Assembly (NCBI RefSeq): GCF_030028105.1
Contig: NC_092371.1
Coordinates: forward strand, 197,902,031-197,966,030
Reading direction: 5' to 3'
Source: Mobula birostris
Lineage: Eukaryota
DNA length: 64,000 bases
Made by a program: the position numbers and the translations under genes. The notes under the pieces are model-generated. The model did not search any database, was not told the origin of the DNA, and saw only the letters and a list, made by a program, of their open reading frames with translations. How positions within the stretch are numbered: position 1 is the stretch's first letter; each line of letters starts with the position of its first letter. Shown here piece after piece: positions 36,241-50,021 of the stretch.

Positions 36241-39200
36241 AAACACAAATGGACTTGGCTATGTTCGACAACTCCAAGGAAGCTTCCAATGTTAATTTAC
36301 TTATCACTTTTTTCTATTGCAGAACTATACATGAAGTTCGATAATAGGGCCTAATTGTGCTGAGATACCCTAGTATTACATAATCTTACATCATCCAGAC
36401 TTTGAATTAAAATCCTCATTCATTTGAATAGGAATTCATGAAGTAGAAATTTTTAAAAAATACTTTTTGCTACTTTATTCAATTAGTTAGTGTTTCATAT
36501 GTGTTTTACTTTTGAAAGGTATTTTAATAATTCAAAACTATTTTAATCATTTTTAATCTGTCATCAGATATCCAAAACATGCAAAATTTCTTAGTAAGCC
36601 TCTACAGACTTTGACAGAAGATGAGGCTTCACCTCCAGCCTTGCCACTTGTCAAGAGCTGTTCCTGTATCTGATGAATCTATGATCTAGTCACTGCTGAG
36701 CCCTCAGTACACTTTGTTAATCAAGTCCAGGATTGTGCAACTTGAGGCCCATATTCACCTCTGGCTACCCCAGTTACAGCATAGGCTGAAGGGCAGTGGA
36801 ATGAATCAGGACAGTAGGCAGAAATGCACATGATCCAACCCATTAACTGTATTGCAATGATTTGCAAATTATCAATCTACCTTTAGTAATCAGAGGAAGT
36901 AATAACAGATTGATAGGTTGGGTTAAGAAATTTTATCACCGTATCCCACTTGCCCAAATTGGTACTGTAAAGAATAAACATTAGTTATCTATCTGCTTGC
37001 AAACCTTGGCCTTTCTTTTGTATAACTATCCCTAATTTTGAGCAGAATATACACTGTTACTACTTTAGTGAAATTGCTATCCATGGGAAAATAAAGTTCT
37101 AACAAAAACATAAAATTACTTTTTGTTTCCCCTCAATGCTATAGTGACATGGTTAGCTTGTAGCATTTTTGTGTACTATGAATTTCTTACACAAAGTATT
37201 TCTCCATTGCTTGCTGTAGTTTGAAAATGAGCTTTACAGAAATGTTTCAGAAATTACGTAAAGTTTAATTTCAGGTTTAATTATTATTCAACTCTGCATG
37301 ATCATAGCCAAACAAAACAATGTTTCTCCAGGGCCAAGATGAAAACCAGATTACCACAGCACATTGCACAAATGGCACATATGATTATGGCTTCAGAAAC
37401 ACATAACAGTTGCATAGGAAAAAAAAAATAGTATAGCCCAAGTCCCTGAGTGGTAATGACTGTAGAATTGATGGTAAGTTGTCCTGGTTCAGTTTGTTCT
37501 TCCACCGAGCAAACACTGGAGGGTAGCACTGATGGGAGGGGATTGTCGCCAACCCAAGTACAGATTCCAGTGCAGTCCGCAGACGCTGTCCTGCATTGCA
37601 TTGGTGTCTTCTCTCCTCTCCTGGTCGGCTGCAACAGGCATGGCCCTAGTCCTCACTACAAATGAGACAACACAGTTCCCCCACCTTTGGTCTTGCCAAT
37701 GAACTAGTGGACTGGACTTGCAGTATTCTGCATCACCAGTGTCCAACAGGGTCTGTGATCACAATAAAAATGTCCAAGACAATCACTTGAACTGCACAAC
37801 GTCCAGCGGTACCGCAATAAGTCCAGCTCCATCACTATTTCTCAGTTCATGAATGGGGAGTCCTGCGGTGCTTAATGTTCTTTGTATCCGGCAGTGACTT
37901 GCAATTGTATATTTTAAAAAAGACTTGCAAGTCCAACAAATGTATCTTTGATTGGACCTGGAGTGGTTCCTGTGTGCAAGTGCACCGACATCTTACTGGA
38001 AGGGCTGAAGAACATGGTCAACAAATTTATACGATAAATACCGATGGAAAGTTCTGTAAGTTTTAAACTATTGTAAAACATTGATTTTGGCTTTGGTCTA
38101 TTATAAAACCTGTCTTTATTGTACCTTTTGCACTTCATGGGAAAGCTGAGAGACACTAATAATAGGTAATGTAAATCTCTAGTCACCTCTAGGCCAGATC
38201 AGGAAAGCTTCCTTCCCTGAAGAGCATTAGCAATTTTTTTTTTTTTTTTTTTTTTTTGCATGACTATCTTAGAGTTTCATTGCAGATAATGGACTTTTAG
38301 TCCAAATTTATTAACTGAATTTAATTGGGGTTTAAAATATATGCTGATCATTAGTTCACACCTCTGAATTGCCAGTCCAGTGAATTAACCACTGTTGTAT
38401 CCCAACACTTGATTATTAGTAGTAAAGATTAATGTTTGTTTGAAGTTATAGACTGGGGATTGCAGAAATGCTTAGGCAGTTAACCAATGTTGGATCTAAA
38501 GACAGAGGACTGTGACCATGCAATGACCCTCCAGCTCCATAACTTCAGCATGAGCTAGGAGCCAAGAATGCTTCCCTCGCAAAGAAATCTATACCATTTC
38601 TCTGTTGTATGCAGTGAGATCAGTCAGTTTGATAGAATGTTTGGTTTTATCTTTGAAGTTTAATTTTATTTGCCCAATGAACAAGCTCAACGTTTTGTAC
38701 AAAAAAATCTGTCAATTTTCATTTCCCCATAATGAGTTCTGGAGATGGTATGAGTAGAACTGTATAAACAGTGTTATTGAAGTTTAAATTTAAAATGGAT
38801 CTATTTTATCAATCTTTATGGTACTTAACAATCCACAGCACAAAAGTGTCAGGAGAGGTGCCTTGGAGGTACCCATACCCTAGAGGAGTTCCAGTGATGA
38901 TAATTCAATATTTTAATCAATACACCCTGGCATCAAGTTCAAGGACAGTTAATGACCTTTAGTTAGTAAACAATCTGAAACAAGAACAGAGCTGATTCTT
39001 TTATAGACTGTGTGATGCTTTAGCAATGTTATTGCTTGCCAAACAGAATTACAACTTGAAATAATGTCCTCAAAACAGTGACACTTGGTCTTTTTTGTAT
39101 ATTTTGTATTATGCTATTTTGGAGGGATTAAAAAGCCTTGCTAGGTCAACTGCAAAACATAGAATTAAATCTGATCTAAATAGGGAATGTGCCAAATTTA

Positions 39201-39557
39201 GTTGACAGACTAATAAGTGGAAATTCTTTATTTAGATTATTTGAATTTTTAAAGAGAAAAACAATTTTGTTCAACAGTTTGGATTGTAGAATATGGTTAT
39301 TATCTATCCTAAGACATTGATTTTCTGAGTAACTTAGCTCTTTTTTAACTTCGTGCTTGTGAGCAAAGGCCTGATACTCTTTCATAAAGGTAACAGAAAT
39401 CATTGACTTCATAGCTATAGTTGTAATTACTAAATAAAAGCAGAAGTACTGCAGTATATAAATGTAGGAATATTAATTTTAGAATTCATGCCCTGTACAA
39501 ACAAACTCTTGTACTATTCTTTATACAGATTTTAGACAAATCGCCATGTACTATAGA

Positions 39558-39603
39558 TTTTTATTTGGTCTTGAAAACAGTTTTTATTTGGTCTTGAAAA
39601 CAG
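39558..39603 (+). repeat. Perfect 23-bp tandem duplication
   Basis: TTTTTATTTGGTCTTGAAAACAG occurs twice in tandem. Confidence 0.9.
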
Positions 39604-39774
39604 TGTTAAGTACACACTTGTAATTAAGTGCAAAGAAACAAAATCTAAGATGGTTGAATCTGATAATACATGCAAGAAGTACTTGCATGAAACTAAATCC
39701 TATTATGATTTTTCAGAATAAAAAGAGCAGCAATATGCAAATGAAAACCTATCCATCCATGCCTCTTGGCTCTT

Positions 39775-40045
39775 GGGTGCCATGATAGCATAGCAGTTGC
39801 GCAACACTATTACAGTTCAGGCCCTCGCAGTTTGGAGTCCTATAAGGAGTTTGTACTCTCCTCCCCCCCCCCCCCCCATGGAATGCATGGGTTTCCTCTG
39901 GGTGCTCTGGTTTCCTCCTACAGTTAGTAGGTTCATTGATCATTGTAAATTGTCCCATGATTAGACTAGGTTAAATCAGGGGGGTTGCTGGGTGGCAAAG
40001 CTTGAAAGACTAGAAGAGCCTGTCTTATGTCCCCACATAAAATCA
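39775..40045 (+). mobile_element. V-domain tRNA-SINE
   Basis: GGAGTTTGTACTCTC..GGGTTTCCTCTGGGTGCTCTGGTTTCCTCC..TGTAAATTGTCCC. Confidence 0.75.
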
Positions 40046-40389
40046 ACAATCAACCATCTTGGACTTGGACTGACTCAAAGCTGCAAATTATATCTGCCTG
40101 TATGTCCAATTTCTGCTAAATTGCAACAATGGGAAAGCCTAATTGATTTTCCCCATTTTAATTAAAACAAAATTCTCAGATCTTAACCTGCTTTCCTGTT
40201 TTAAGTTGTACCTCTTTTTGAATTCCTGGACACTCTGGCCATTTTGCAACATAGACTTAATTAGTTCTTTGACTGATTTTGAATAATCTACATCTATGTA
40301 GCCAATCAAAATAGGTAATTTTTAAAGGTTGCTGCATTGTTTTTGGTTTTTGAACTCACTAGGTGCTCTCAAGTCAGAGCTCCAACATT

Positions 40390-40770
40390 CATACAAGTCA
40401 ATTGGAGTTTATTGTCGTGCAGAAGTAGAGAGGTTCACTACAATAAAAACATTTGCAGCAGTATCACAGACAGATATAAAATGTACATAAGATTAAACTA
40501 TACAGTGAGGTCAGAAGATTGCAATACAAGAATCTTAGTGCAAACAAAAACAAAGACACAATCAAAGGCAAGTCCACAAGGTGCTCTGTAAGTGAGCTGA
40601 GGTGGGGTTTGGGTTGTACCGAGAATTTTAAGAACCCGATGGATGTGGAAATTAGCTGTTTCTGAATCTGGTGTTGTGGGACCTCGAGCTTCTGTATTTC
40701 CTCTCAACGGTAGCAGTGAAAAGAGGCATCATCCAGGTGGTGGTGATCCTTTTGATAGATTCCACTGTCT
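40390..40770 (-). mobile_element. Rex1-like 3' end
   Basis: The reverse strand resembles KDHHHLDDASFHCY and matches the other Rex1-like tails in the window. Confidence 0.6.
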
Positions 40771-43659
40771 TGTTAAATGTGTTCTGCTGGTGATGTTCCA
40801 GAATGATAGATTAGATTAACGAAAGCATACTTTCAATAGTGGCTGGATATTAGAAAAGTCTACCAATTTCTCAAGATGTTAGAATTGGCAAGGCTTTTTT
40901 TTTCTTAAACATCTTAAGAACTATAATTTGCAGCTATGATAAATGGGTAATTATCTAAAAGGATTGATTCATTGGTACTGTTTAATCTACCTTACGTACA
41001 CTCTGCTTCACCTTTAGCAGTTCATGCGAGATTTTGCGGGTTCTGCCCAGCCCACATATGCCATTACTGAAGTTTTATGGTCCCTGAACTTCGGTATTCT
41101 TTAGCTTAAGCAACGTTGTACAAAAACGTTTTTGAATGTATCTTATAAAATGTTACATTCAGAAACTTGAGTCCAAGATTTTCGCATGTAATTCATAAAA
41201 ATCTTTAACCTAATTCTTGACCTTGTAGCCGTGTTTCACTGAAACTGAAGCTCTTTTATTTACTGAATTTGTTACTGACTAATTTTTCCTTGGCCCTCAA
41301 CTCCTATTTATGCCAGCTTTGTTTTCTCACATATTTAAATATTAGGACATTCATGATACTGGCAATGTTGTGTTATTTTTTACTAGTTGTCCTGGGGATT
41401 ATAGTTTGGTGCTTTTTACAAATTGCACCCTTAGTAGTGATAGTATTCCTTTGTAATACTGAGTACAATTTTGTTGAAGGTTTGATCTGGTTACAGATTT
41501 ACCACTTGCAGTCTTAGGACACATTCCAATTTTGCACTTTATGCCTTTGATTTCTTCCTAAATAGTGTTAGTGCAGCATCTGCCCTTTCTTTGATTTCTG
41601 ACACGGTACCTTCAGTATGCACTTGAATCAATTTCATCAGTTGTCTTATCTTTTATCAATTGTCATCTTAAAAGGTTCTTATTAAAGTCTCTATAAATGC
41701 CTATTCATGAATTTTAGTCTATCCTCTGGCTCCACCTCCCTCCCCCTCACCAATTTTATCATATGGCCTATTGCTTATGAGACTTCAACCAACTTTATGG
41801 GATTTAGTAAATTCCAGGATTTTTTTTTTAGGATATCTGATCTCTAATTTAAAATGGGTCAGTAATCCTGCTATGCTTCCATGATTTCAACAATTAAGTT
41901 GTGCAAAAAGCAAGTGAAAAGCCTGGCGGGGAAGTAACAAATCTCAAAAGGCATGCACCAAAATATTACTCATATTCCTCATCATTACGAGAAAGAAAAC
42001 AAAGACTTTCTCTCCTTTTGCAGCCACCGATCAACGTGGCGTATGAATATCTTGATTTTTTTTAATTTGTCTCAGAATTCCAATTTCTGAAGTACAATAT
42101 CTTTATTTTGCAGCTTTGATTTAAAACATAAATCTCCCTTTTCTGTATTCAAGGATGTTTTCATTATCAGTTTTCAATGGATTGTGAATACAGCAATGCT
42201 ATTCTTTCACACTGGGAACACAAGCTGTTGTTAAAGTCTGAATCAATGCAAAACAAAATAAAAGTCTGCCATCAGTGAAGTTTTGCATTCTGAAGCTGCC
42301 GTCACTGAATATTATATTTGGTTGTCTTTGCATCTAGAAAATTTAATTGCAGAGTTAGTGATCTTTGGAATTGAAATTGCTAGATCATACACATTATTGA
42401 CCATTGGAAAAATGTCTTGCTACTTCGTAGAAAATGTATGACCTAGCAGGAGCCAATAAGTTTAACCACATTTGTGCTGGTTGAGAAATACAGCCAAATT
42501 CCCAAACTTGGTTCATGGTCCTACAAGATGTGGTATTTTGGGCTTTATTTTCAACCAATAGCACCCTCTAGGTGCAAAGATTTTCCTCCTGCCTGCTCTA
42601 ATCTTTTCACAATTATTTGACATCAATGCCTGCTGTTTTTTAACTCCTCTTGTAAGGGAATCAATAATTACCCCCCCCCCCCTTACAGATTTCATCTCAA
42701 ATTGCATGTGTTCCAAAGAAAACAATCCCAGCCTATTCAGTTCTTTCCTCATCATTACTGTTTTTCTAGTTCTCTCAATGCTGCATTCCATCTTTGCGAT
42801 CACAAATTTCTTGTAATATCCAAAATGGCCAGATTAATCTACGTACAATTCTAGGTAAGATCCTTATTTTTGCATTCTAAGCCTTTGCTAATAAAGGAAG
42901 GCATTCCATATACCATTCCATATATCTTCTGTGATAGCTTTTATTCAAAGCATTGTTCCTCTCTTCTCCCCCCCCCCCCCATACCCTCCAAATTATTGAT
43001 TTTTCCTTTGACTTTTTGCATAATCCCAGTGCATATTCTGACAGGTTTTTTTCTAGATTAAATATTTTTACCAATTTTTTAGTCCAATTGACAATCCACT
43101 GATATCCTCCTGTCAATCTAATCAACTTTTGTAACATGTGCAAACCTCTTCAGAATCAAATGCAGGGAACATAATCAGTCGTTAATGGATAATATAAACA
43201 GCAAAGGTCTGTCCTGAAATTCTGTGAGATTCCAAGTACTTCCCCCCTCCATTTTTGGCAGTAGGTGCTAGATGCTGAATGAGTGTGGCTGAGGAACGTT
43301 GGTTTTGACCTAGAGTAAGTGATATTTTTCAGCAAGGCGCATTCAAACTAGAATGTTGGCAGGCCTTTGTCCCTTTTGCACAGTGGCACAATTGACAGCA
43401 AATTGTGCCTCTGCTTTACAGCTACAATGGACTGAGTTCTAATTTCCTGCATCATGTGAAAAATTTATGAGCTGGTAGTTAATTGGCCACTATAAATCGC
43501 CTTGATTGTAGTATGTATATAATGTGGTCTGAGGAATATTCAGATTGCTCTGTGAACTGGGAGAGACTCAATGGGCCAAATGGCTTACTCCTGCATTACA
43601 AGGAAATAGTACTGAGCCATTTTGAAGCACATTGAAAATAACCTTCCAGCTGCAAAGTT

Positions 43660-44620
43660 AACATCTGTGTTCAGCATTCAACACAATGATAACCTGATTT
43701 CTCATCAAAGAAATCCAAAACCTGGGCCTCTGTACATCGTTTGCCACTGGATCCTTGACCTCCTCACCAGGAGACCACAGTCTGTGCGAATCAGAAATAA
43801 CATCTCTTCCTTGCTGCTAATCAACACTGGTGCACCTCAATAATGTGTGTTCAGGTACCTCTCTACACCCAAGGCTGTGTGGCTAGGCACAGCTCAAACA
43901 CTATAAATTTGCCACTATAAATTTACCATTGCCAGTATTTTAGATGGTGACTCCTCATTAAGCATTCCGAAGTAGAAAGGGTGAACAGTTTCAAGTTCCT
44001 GGATGTCACCATCTCTGAGGATCTATCCTGGGCCCAAAATATTGATACAATTACAAAGAAGGCATGACATTGGCTTTATTTCATTGGGAGTTTGAGGAGA
44101 ATTGGTGTGTCACCAAAGACGCTCGCAAATTTCTACAAATGTACCATGGAGAGCATTCTAACTGGTTTGCAGCACTGTCTGGTATGGAGGGGCCACTGCA
44201 CAGCATCAGAAAAAGCTGCAGAAAGTTGCAAACTCAATCAGCTGCATCATGGGCACTAGCCTCCCCAACATCCCGGACACCTTCAAAAGGCGATCTCTCT
44301 AAAAGGCAGCACCCATCATTTCAAAATCCTCATCACCCAGGACATGTTCTCTTCTTATTGTTACCATCAAGGAGGTGATATAGGAACCTGAAGATACACA
44401 CTCAGTGTTTCAGGAACAGCTTCTTCCCCTCTGCCATCAGATTTCTGAATCCATGAATACTTCCTCAGTATTATTTTCCCTCTCTTGCACTAATTATTTA
44501 TTTTTATATATACTTTGTATTTTATAGTTTTGCTTTCACTATGTACGTATTTCAATGTACTGTTTTGCAAAACATTTCATGATGTGCTGGTGATATTAAA
44601 CCTGATTCACATTCTAGTTA
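43660..44620 (+). mobile_element. Rex1-like LINE 3' fragment
   Basis: CHWILDLLTRRPQSVRIRNNISSLLLINTGAPQ and HHPGHVLFLLLPS. Confidence 0.85.
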
Positions 44621-45209
44621 AAGATATCATTGGCATGCAAATCTGCACAAACAAGAGATACTGTCTTGTCGTTTATTTATCTCTATCTCCTTCAACTCCA
44701 CTGTTGTATGTTATTTACTTTTCACCCAACATCTTGGAATCGGATAGTTCCCGGATTCACTGTGAGTACATGTATAATACAATGCAATGTCCAGTATGAT
44801 CTCTTGAGTGAAGATATATGTCAACTTGGTCTCTTAAGTCTTCAAGTTCTAGAGGTTGATTTTGCCCCACGAGGAGGTTCAGGTTCCAGGGAACAAACTG
44901 CAATGGCTTATTTCCAAATGTAAGGATTTTGCTTTGAGGGGAAACGGGCCACGGCCAAGTAAACTAGTGGTTATACACTGGTTGCTGTCTAAGTCCAGCT
45001 GCTCCCCTCCCGCTTAAAAACAATTATTATTAGTAAATGAAAATAAAGTGGTTATATCTTGATTATGGCATTTGTTACTGCCTGGGATTGACTTATCAAT
45101 AGCCAATAGAGTTGTAATACTGCAGAAATAATGTTGAAGGTCAGGTAGAAGTGGGGTATTGCTGTAGCATGACAGTCTTAAGTGATATCTATAAATTTCC
45201 TTGTTAAAT

Positions 45210-48145
45210 AGATATAGGATTCAGGAAAGGGAAACAGAAATCCAGAAATGTCCAATCATTGTAGGGACTTCAACCAAGCCAGCTTTAAGTCTTTGATGAA
45301 CTTCTACCAATATGTCACCTGTGGAAGCAGATGAGCTAACACACTGGATCACTGTTCTACCACCATCGAGAATGCTTACGGTGCCATCCTGCTCCCACAC
45401 TTTCGGCAAGCCCAATCAGCTGGATGCACTTCAGCTCCTGGCGTATAATGCAAGACTGAGGACCACAGCACCAGTGGTGAGAATCGTGAAGATATGGTCT
45501 AGGGAAGTGGAGGAGCACTTACAGGGCAGTTTTGGAATGGTAGACTAGACCATATTGAGACACTCGTCTTTGGATCTGAATGGGTGCCACTGAATTGACC
45601 AAGCCTGCTTGGATGAGTGTCTGCCTTTGAAAAGGTACTGTGTCTTCCCAAACAAGAAGTTGAGGATGAACCTGGAGGTTCCTAGTCTGCTGAGCACTTG
45701 ATCTGTGGAATTCAAGAGCAGTGATCCAAAATCCTATAAGAAGTCCAGATACAGACATCATAAGAGTAACAAGGGCAATATTGTGTTAAATTAGAGATAC
45801 ACTCGGATACAGGTCTGTTGTGGCAAGGCTTACATGCTTCACTTCCTATAAGGCAAAACCTAACAGTAGAAATGGCAGTGATGCCTCACTGCCTGACGAG
45901 TCCAATGCCTTTTACGCACACCTTGAAAAGGAGAATAACATTATGCACTTGCAAATTGCCACAACATCTGGTACCTCAGATTTCTGTCTGGATGCCACTG
46001 ACAGAATATCCTTCACGAGGGTGAGCCCTTGCAGGTATCATGCCTCAAACGTGTACCTGACTAGGATTGAAAACGGGTGCCAACCAAATGACTGGAGTTT
46101 TCAAGAACATCTACAACCTCTCACTGCTGCATTCTGCTGTGATGAAGTACAACCAGAATTTGTTAAAGGCTAGAATGAACTCCTGCCCTTGCGAGGACCT
46201 AGACCTGCTACAGTTTATCTACCACCATAGCAGGTCCAAAATGGATGCAGTCTCACTAGCTCTCCTCTTTGCCTTAGAGCACTCTGACAACATTAAAACC
46301 TATGCCAGGCTGCTGTGTATTAATTACAGCTTGGCATTCTATTCCATCATTCCCTCAATATTAATCACCAAGCTTCTAAATTTGTACTACCCTCTGTAAC
46401 TGGATTCTCAATGTCTTAATTGTGATACTACAGTCAGAATGGATCAGTTATAACATCTCCTGGCTGACAGTCAACACAGGTACTCAAGGATGCATGCTTA
46501 GCCCACTACTCTACACTCTCTGCACTCATAACTACTTGGCTAAACACAGATCAAACGCCATCTATAAATTCACAGCTAGTGTTATAAAATCTCAGATGGC
46601 AATGAGGATGTGTACAGGAGTGAGACTGGCTAGTTAAGTGACGTTGCAGCAGCAGCCTTGTACTCAACCTCAGCAAGACCAAGCAATTGTTTCAGGACTT
46701 TAGGAAGGGGATATCAGGAGTACCTGCACCAGTCCTCATCAAGGGATCACCTGTTCAAATTTCAGAGTAAATTTATTATCAAAGTACAGATATGTCACCA
46801 TATACTTCCTTGAGATTAATTACCTTGCAGGCATTCATAGTAAAACAGAAATACCATGGAATCAGTGGAAAAACTACAAAGGCCAACAAAGAACCGATCT
46901 GTAAAAGAGAACAAACTGGGCAAATTCAAAATAAATAAATAATACTGAAAACCTGACTTGTGGAGTGCTTGCAAGTGAGTCTGTACGTTGTGGAATCTGC
47001 TCAGAGATGAGGGGAGTGACGTTATCCACACTGGTTCAGGAGCCTGATGGTTAAAGGGTAGTAACTATTCCTGAACCTAGTAGTATGGGACTTAATGCTC
47101 CTGCACCTCCTTCCCAATGGCAGCAGGGAGAAGAGAGCATGGCCTGGAGATGGGGGTCCTTGATGATGGTTGCTGCTTTCTTGTGGCAGTATTGCTTGTA
47201 GATGGGCTCGGGGATGGCTTTGCCTGTGATGGACTGGGCTGTGCCCATCACTTTTTGAAAGCTTTTTCATGAGTGGGCATTGGTGTTTCCATACCAGACC
47301 GTCATGCAACCAGTCTGAATAATCCACACTGTGCAGCTATAGAAGTTTGTCAAAGTTTTCTGTGACACGCCAAATACATGCAAACTTATAAGACAGAGAT
47401 ATTGTTGTCGTCTTTGTGATGACACTAATGTGCTAGTCCCAGAACTGATTCTCTGTTATGATAAGGCCAAGGAATTTAAAGTTACTGACAAACTCCACCT
47501 CAATATGGACTGGCTCATGGACCTCCAGCTCTTTGGTTTTGTGGCATTGAGGGAGAGGTTGTTTTGGGGCAGGTGAGCAGCTTCAAACTCCTGGATGTCA
47601 ACATCTCAGAGGATCTCTCCTGGGTTCAGTATATTGATGTAGTGATAAAGGAGGCAAGTCAGTAGCTCCACTTCATAAGGAGTCCTTGGTACCATACCAA
47701 ATCTGGATCACATTTCTGCAGATGTACAGTGGAGAAGATTTTGCCCGATATGGAAGCTCCATATCCCAAGATTACAAGAGGTTGCAGAGCATTGTAGATT
47801 CAGCCAGTGCCAGCGTAGACTTCACCATCGATAAGCTCTTCAAAAGTGGTATCTCCCAAAAGCAGCATCTATAATTAAGGATCTAACCATCTGGAACATC
47901 CCTGCTTCTCATTTCTACCACTGGGGAGAGTGTACAGGAGCCTGTAAATTCGCATTCAACAATTCAGAAACAATTTCTCATGTCTGTAACAGGATTTATG
48001 AACAGTTCATGAACACTTCCTTGCTGTTCCTTTTATTTGTACTGCTACTTATTTTGTAATTTATTGTATCTTATATCTTTTGTGCTGCTGCAAAGCAAAA
48101 GAAAGACATTCTATAAGGCAGTGATAATAAACCCAATTTGGATTG
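45210..48145. mobile_element. Cluster of three Rex1-like fragments (+ 45210-46750, - 46755-47565, + 47570-48145)
   Basis: IVGTST/GDFN-like APE end, DASLPDESNAFYAH, YARLLCINYSLAFYSIIP, NTGTQGCMLSPLLYTL and GHALFSLLPLGRR. Confidence 0.8.
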
Positions 48146-48638
48146 TAAACCATGTGAGAAATGAGCAGCAGATCAGCTGAGTGAGTGAGCTAAGGCCTCG
48201 AGGTGGCAGCAGGACCAACAGTGAACCAGAATGGGAGTCACCATCTTGTGAGAGGCTGTATGGTCAATGTATTTCTGCTGATGTCAGAGTGCAGGCTTCA
48301 GTGTGGAATGCAAGTCACGACCTTTTCCGCTCTTAGCTGAAGGAATCGTGGATAAAGGAGATAGAAGCTAGGGCAATGGTCTGCTCCTCCTGCAATGATG
48401 GGGGGGGTGGGATCCAGCGTCCCTGGTAACTATACCTGTGGGAGATGTGTCTAGCTGCAGACCACATAAAGCAACTAGTGCACCCTAGGTGGAACATCTT
48501 ACACAAAAAAATTATAGAGAGATACATTTAGCAAATTAGTTCCACAGCAGGTTCGGAAAGAAGGGAGTTGTGTGGCCACCAGGAAGGATAGTAAGCATAG
48601 GTAGGGCATGCAGAGTGCAGGAGTCCCATGTGGTCAAA

Positions 48639-49712
48639 TCACAAACAAGAGGAAATCTGCTGGAGGAACTCAGCAGGCCACGGAGCAGCTATGGAAAAGA
48701 GTAGACAGTCGATGTTTTGGGCTGAGACTCTTCATCAGGACTGGAATAAAGAGATGAGAAGTCAAGTAAAAAGGTGGGGGGGGGGGAGGAAGAAGTACAA
48801 GGTAGTAGGTGATGGGTGAAGCCAGGGGAGCGGTGAAGTAACGAGCTGGGAAGTCAATTGGTGAAAGAGAAAGGACTGGAGAAGAGGGAATCTGAGATAG
48901 AAGGGGACAGAAGGCCATGAAAGAAAGGGAATGGGGAGGAGCACCAGAGGGAGGTGATGGGAAAGTAAGGAGATAAGGTGAGAGAGGGAGAGGGGAATGG
49001 TAAAGGGGGTTATTACTAGAAGCTGGAGAAATCGATATTGGTGCCAGCAGGTTGAAGGCTACACAGACAGAATATAAGCTCCTCCAACCTATGTGTGGCC
49101 TCATCACAGCAGTAGAGGAGGCCATGGACTGACAGGAGATCCTGCTTTTTCTGGCGGATGGAGCATGGGTGCTCAGCAAAACAGTCTTATGATCTGTGAG
49201 GAAAAGCACCAGATACAGTATGTGACCCCAACAGATTCCCACGTGAAGTGTCGCCTCACTTGGGTGGACTGTTTGGGGTCCCGAATGGTAGTGAGGGAGG
49301 AGGTGTAGTGACACCTGTTCTGTTTGCAAGGATAAGTGCCAGGAGGGAGATCAGTGGGGAGGGACAAATGGACAAGGAAGTCGCATAGGGAGTGATCCCT
49401 GCAGAAAGATGTGCTTGGTGGTGGGATCCTGTTGGAGATGGTGGAAGTTATGGAGAATTAACTTCAGAGACTGGTGGGGTGGCAGAAGGGTTGGGTGAGG
49501 ACAGGCATACATGAAATGGAAGAGATGTGGGTGAGGGCAGCACTGATAATCAAGGAAGGATTCTTTGAAGAAGAATGGCTTCTCATTAGTTCTGAAATTA
49601 AAAGCCTCATCCTGAGAGAGATGAGGCAGAGACAGAGGAATTGAGAGAAGGGGATTACATTTTTACGAGTGACAGGGTGGGAAGAGGTAGTCCAGGTAGC
49701 TGTGAGAATCAG
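48639..49712 (-). mobile_element. Penelope-like element 3' part with mutated hammerhead
   Basis: PGTYPCKQNRCHYTSSLTTIRDPKQSTQVRRHFTWESVGVTYCIWC. The motif at about 48706-48743 reads CTGATGA..AAAAC-ATC on the minus strand. Confidence 0.85.
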
Positions 49713-49884
49713 TTAGTCATTCCCCTCTCAAACAGCCATACCTTTTGGATATCAAATTCCCCCAAGTGGCCTCTCAGAGGAAAGCAACAGCAGCTTCCAA
49801 GTTTGCGGTACCATAATGTCAGCACTTAGAGAATATCCTGGAGACATTATCCAGTGAGACCATCTGGATAGAATATCGGAATAG

Positions 49885-50021
49885 AAACCAAAGAGGAAAC
49901 CTGCAGATGCTGGAAATGCATGCAACACACACAAAATGCTGGAGGAACTCAGCAGGCCAGGCAGCATTGATGGAAAAGAGCAAACAGTTGACATTTTAGG
50001 CCGAGACCCTTCATCAGGACT
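49885..50021 (-). mobile_element. Short Penelope pLTR fragment with mutated hammerhead
   Basis: The minus strand reads AGTC-CTGATGA-AGGGTCTCGGCCT-AAAAT-GTC-AACTG. Confidence 0.8.

Noticed and set aside
37270-37880. Repeat-like GC-richer block with overlapping short ORFs
   Set aside because: It has a LINE-like tail at its left edge but no diagnostic motif, so I cannot support a family or gene call.
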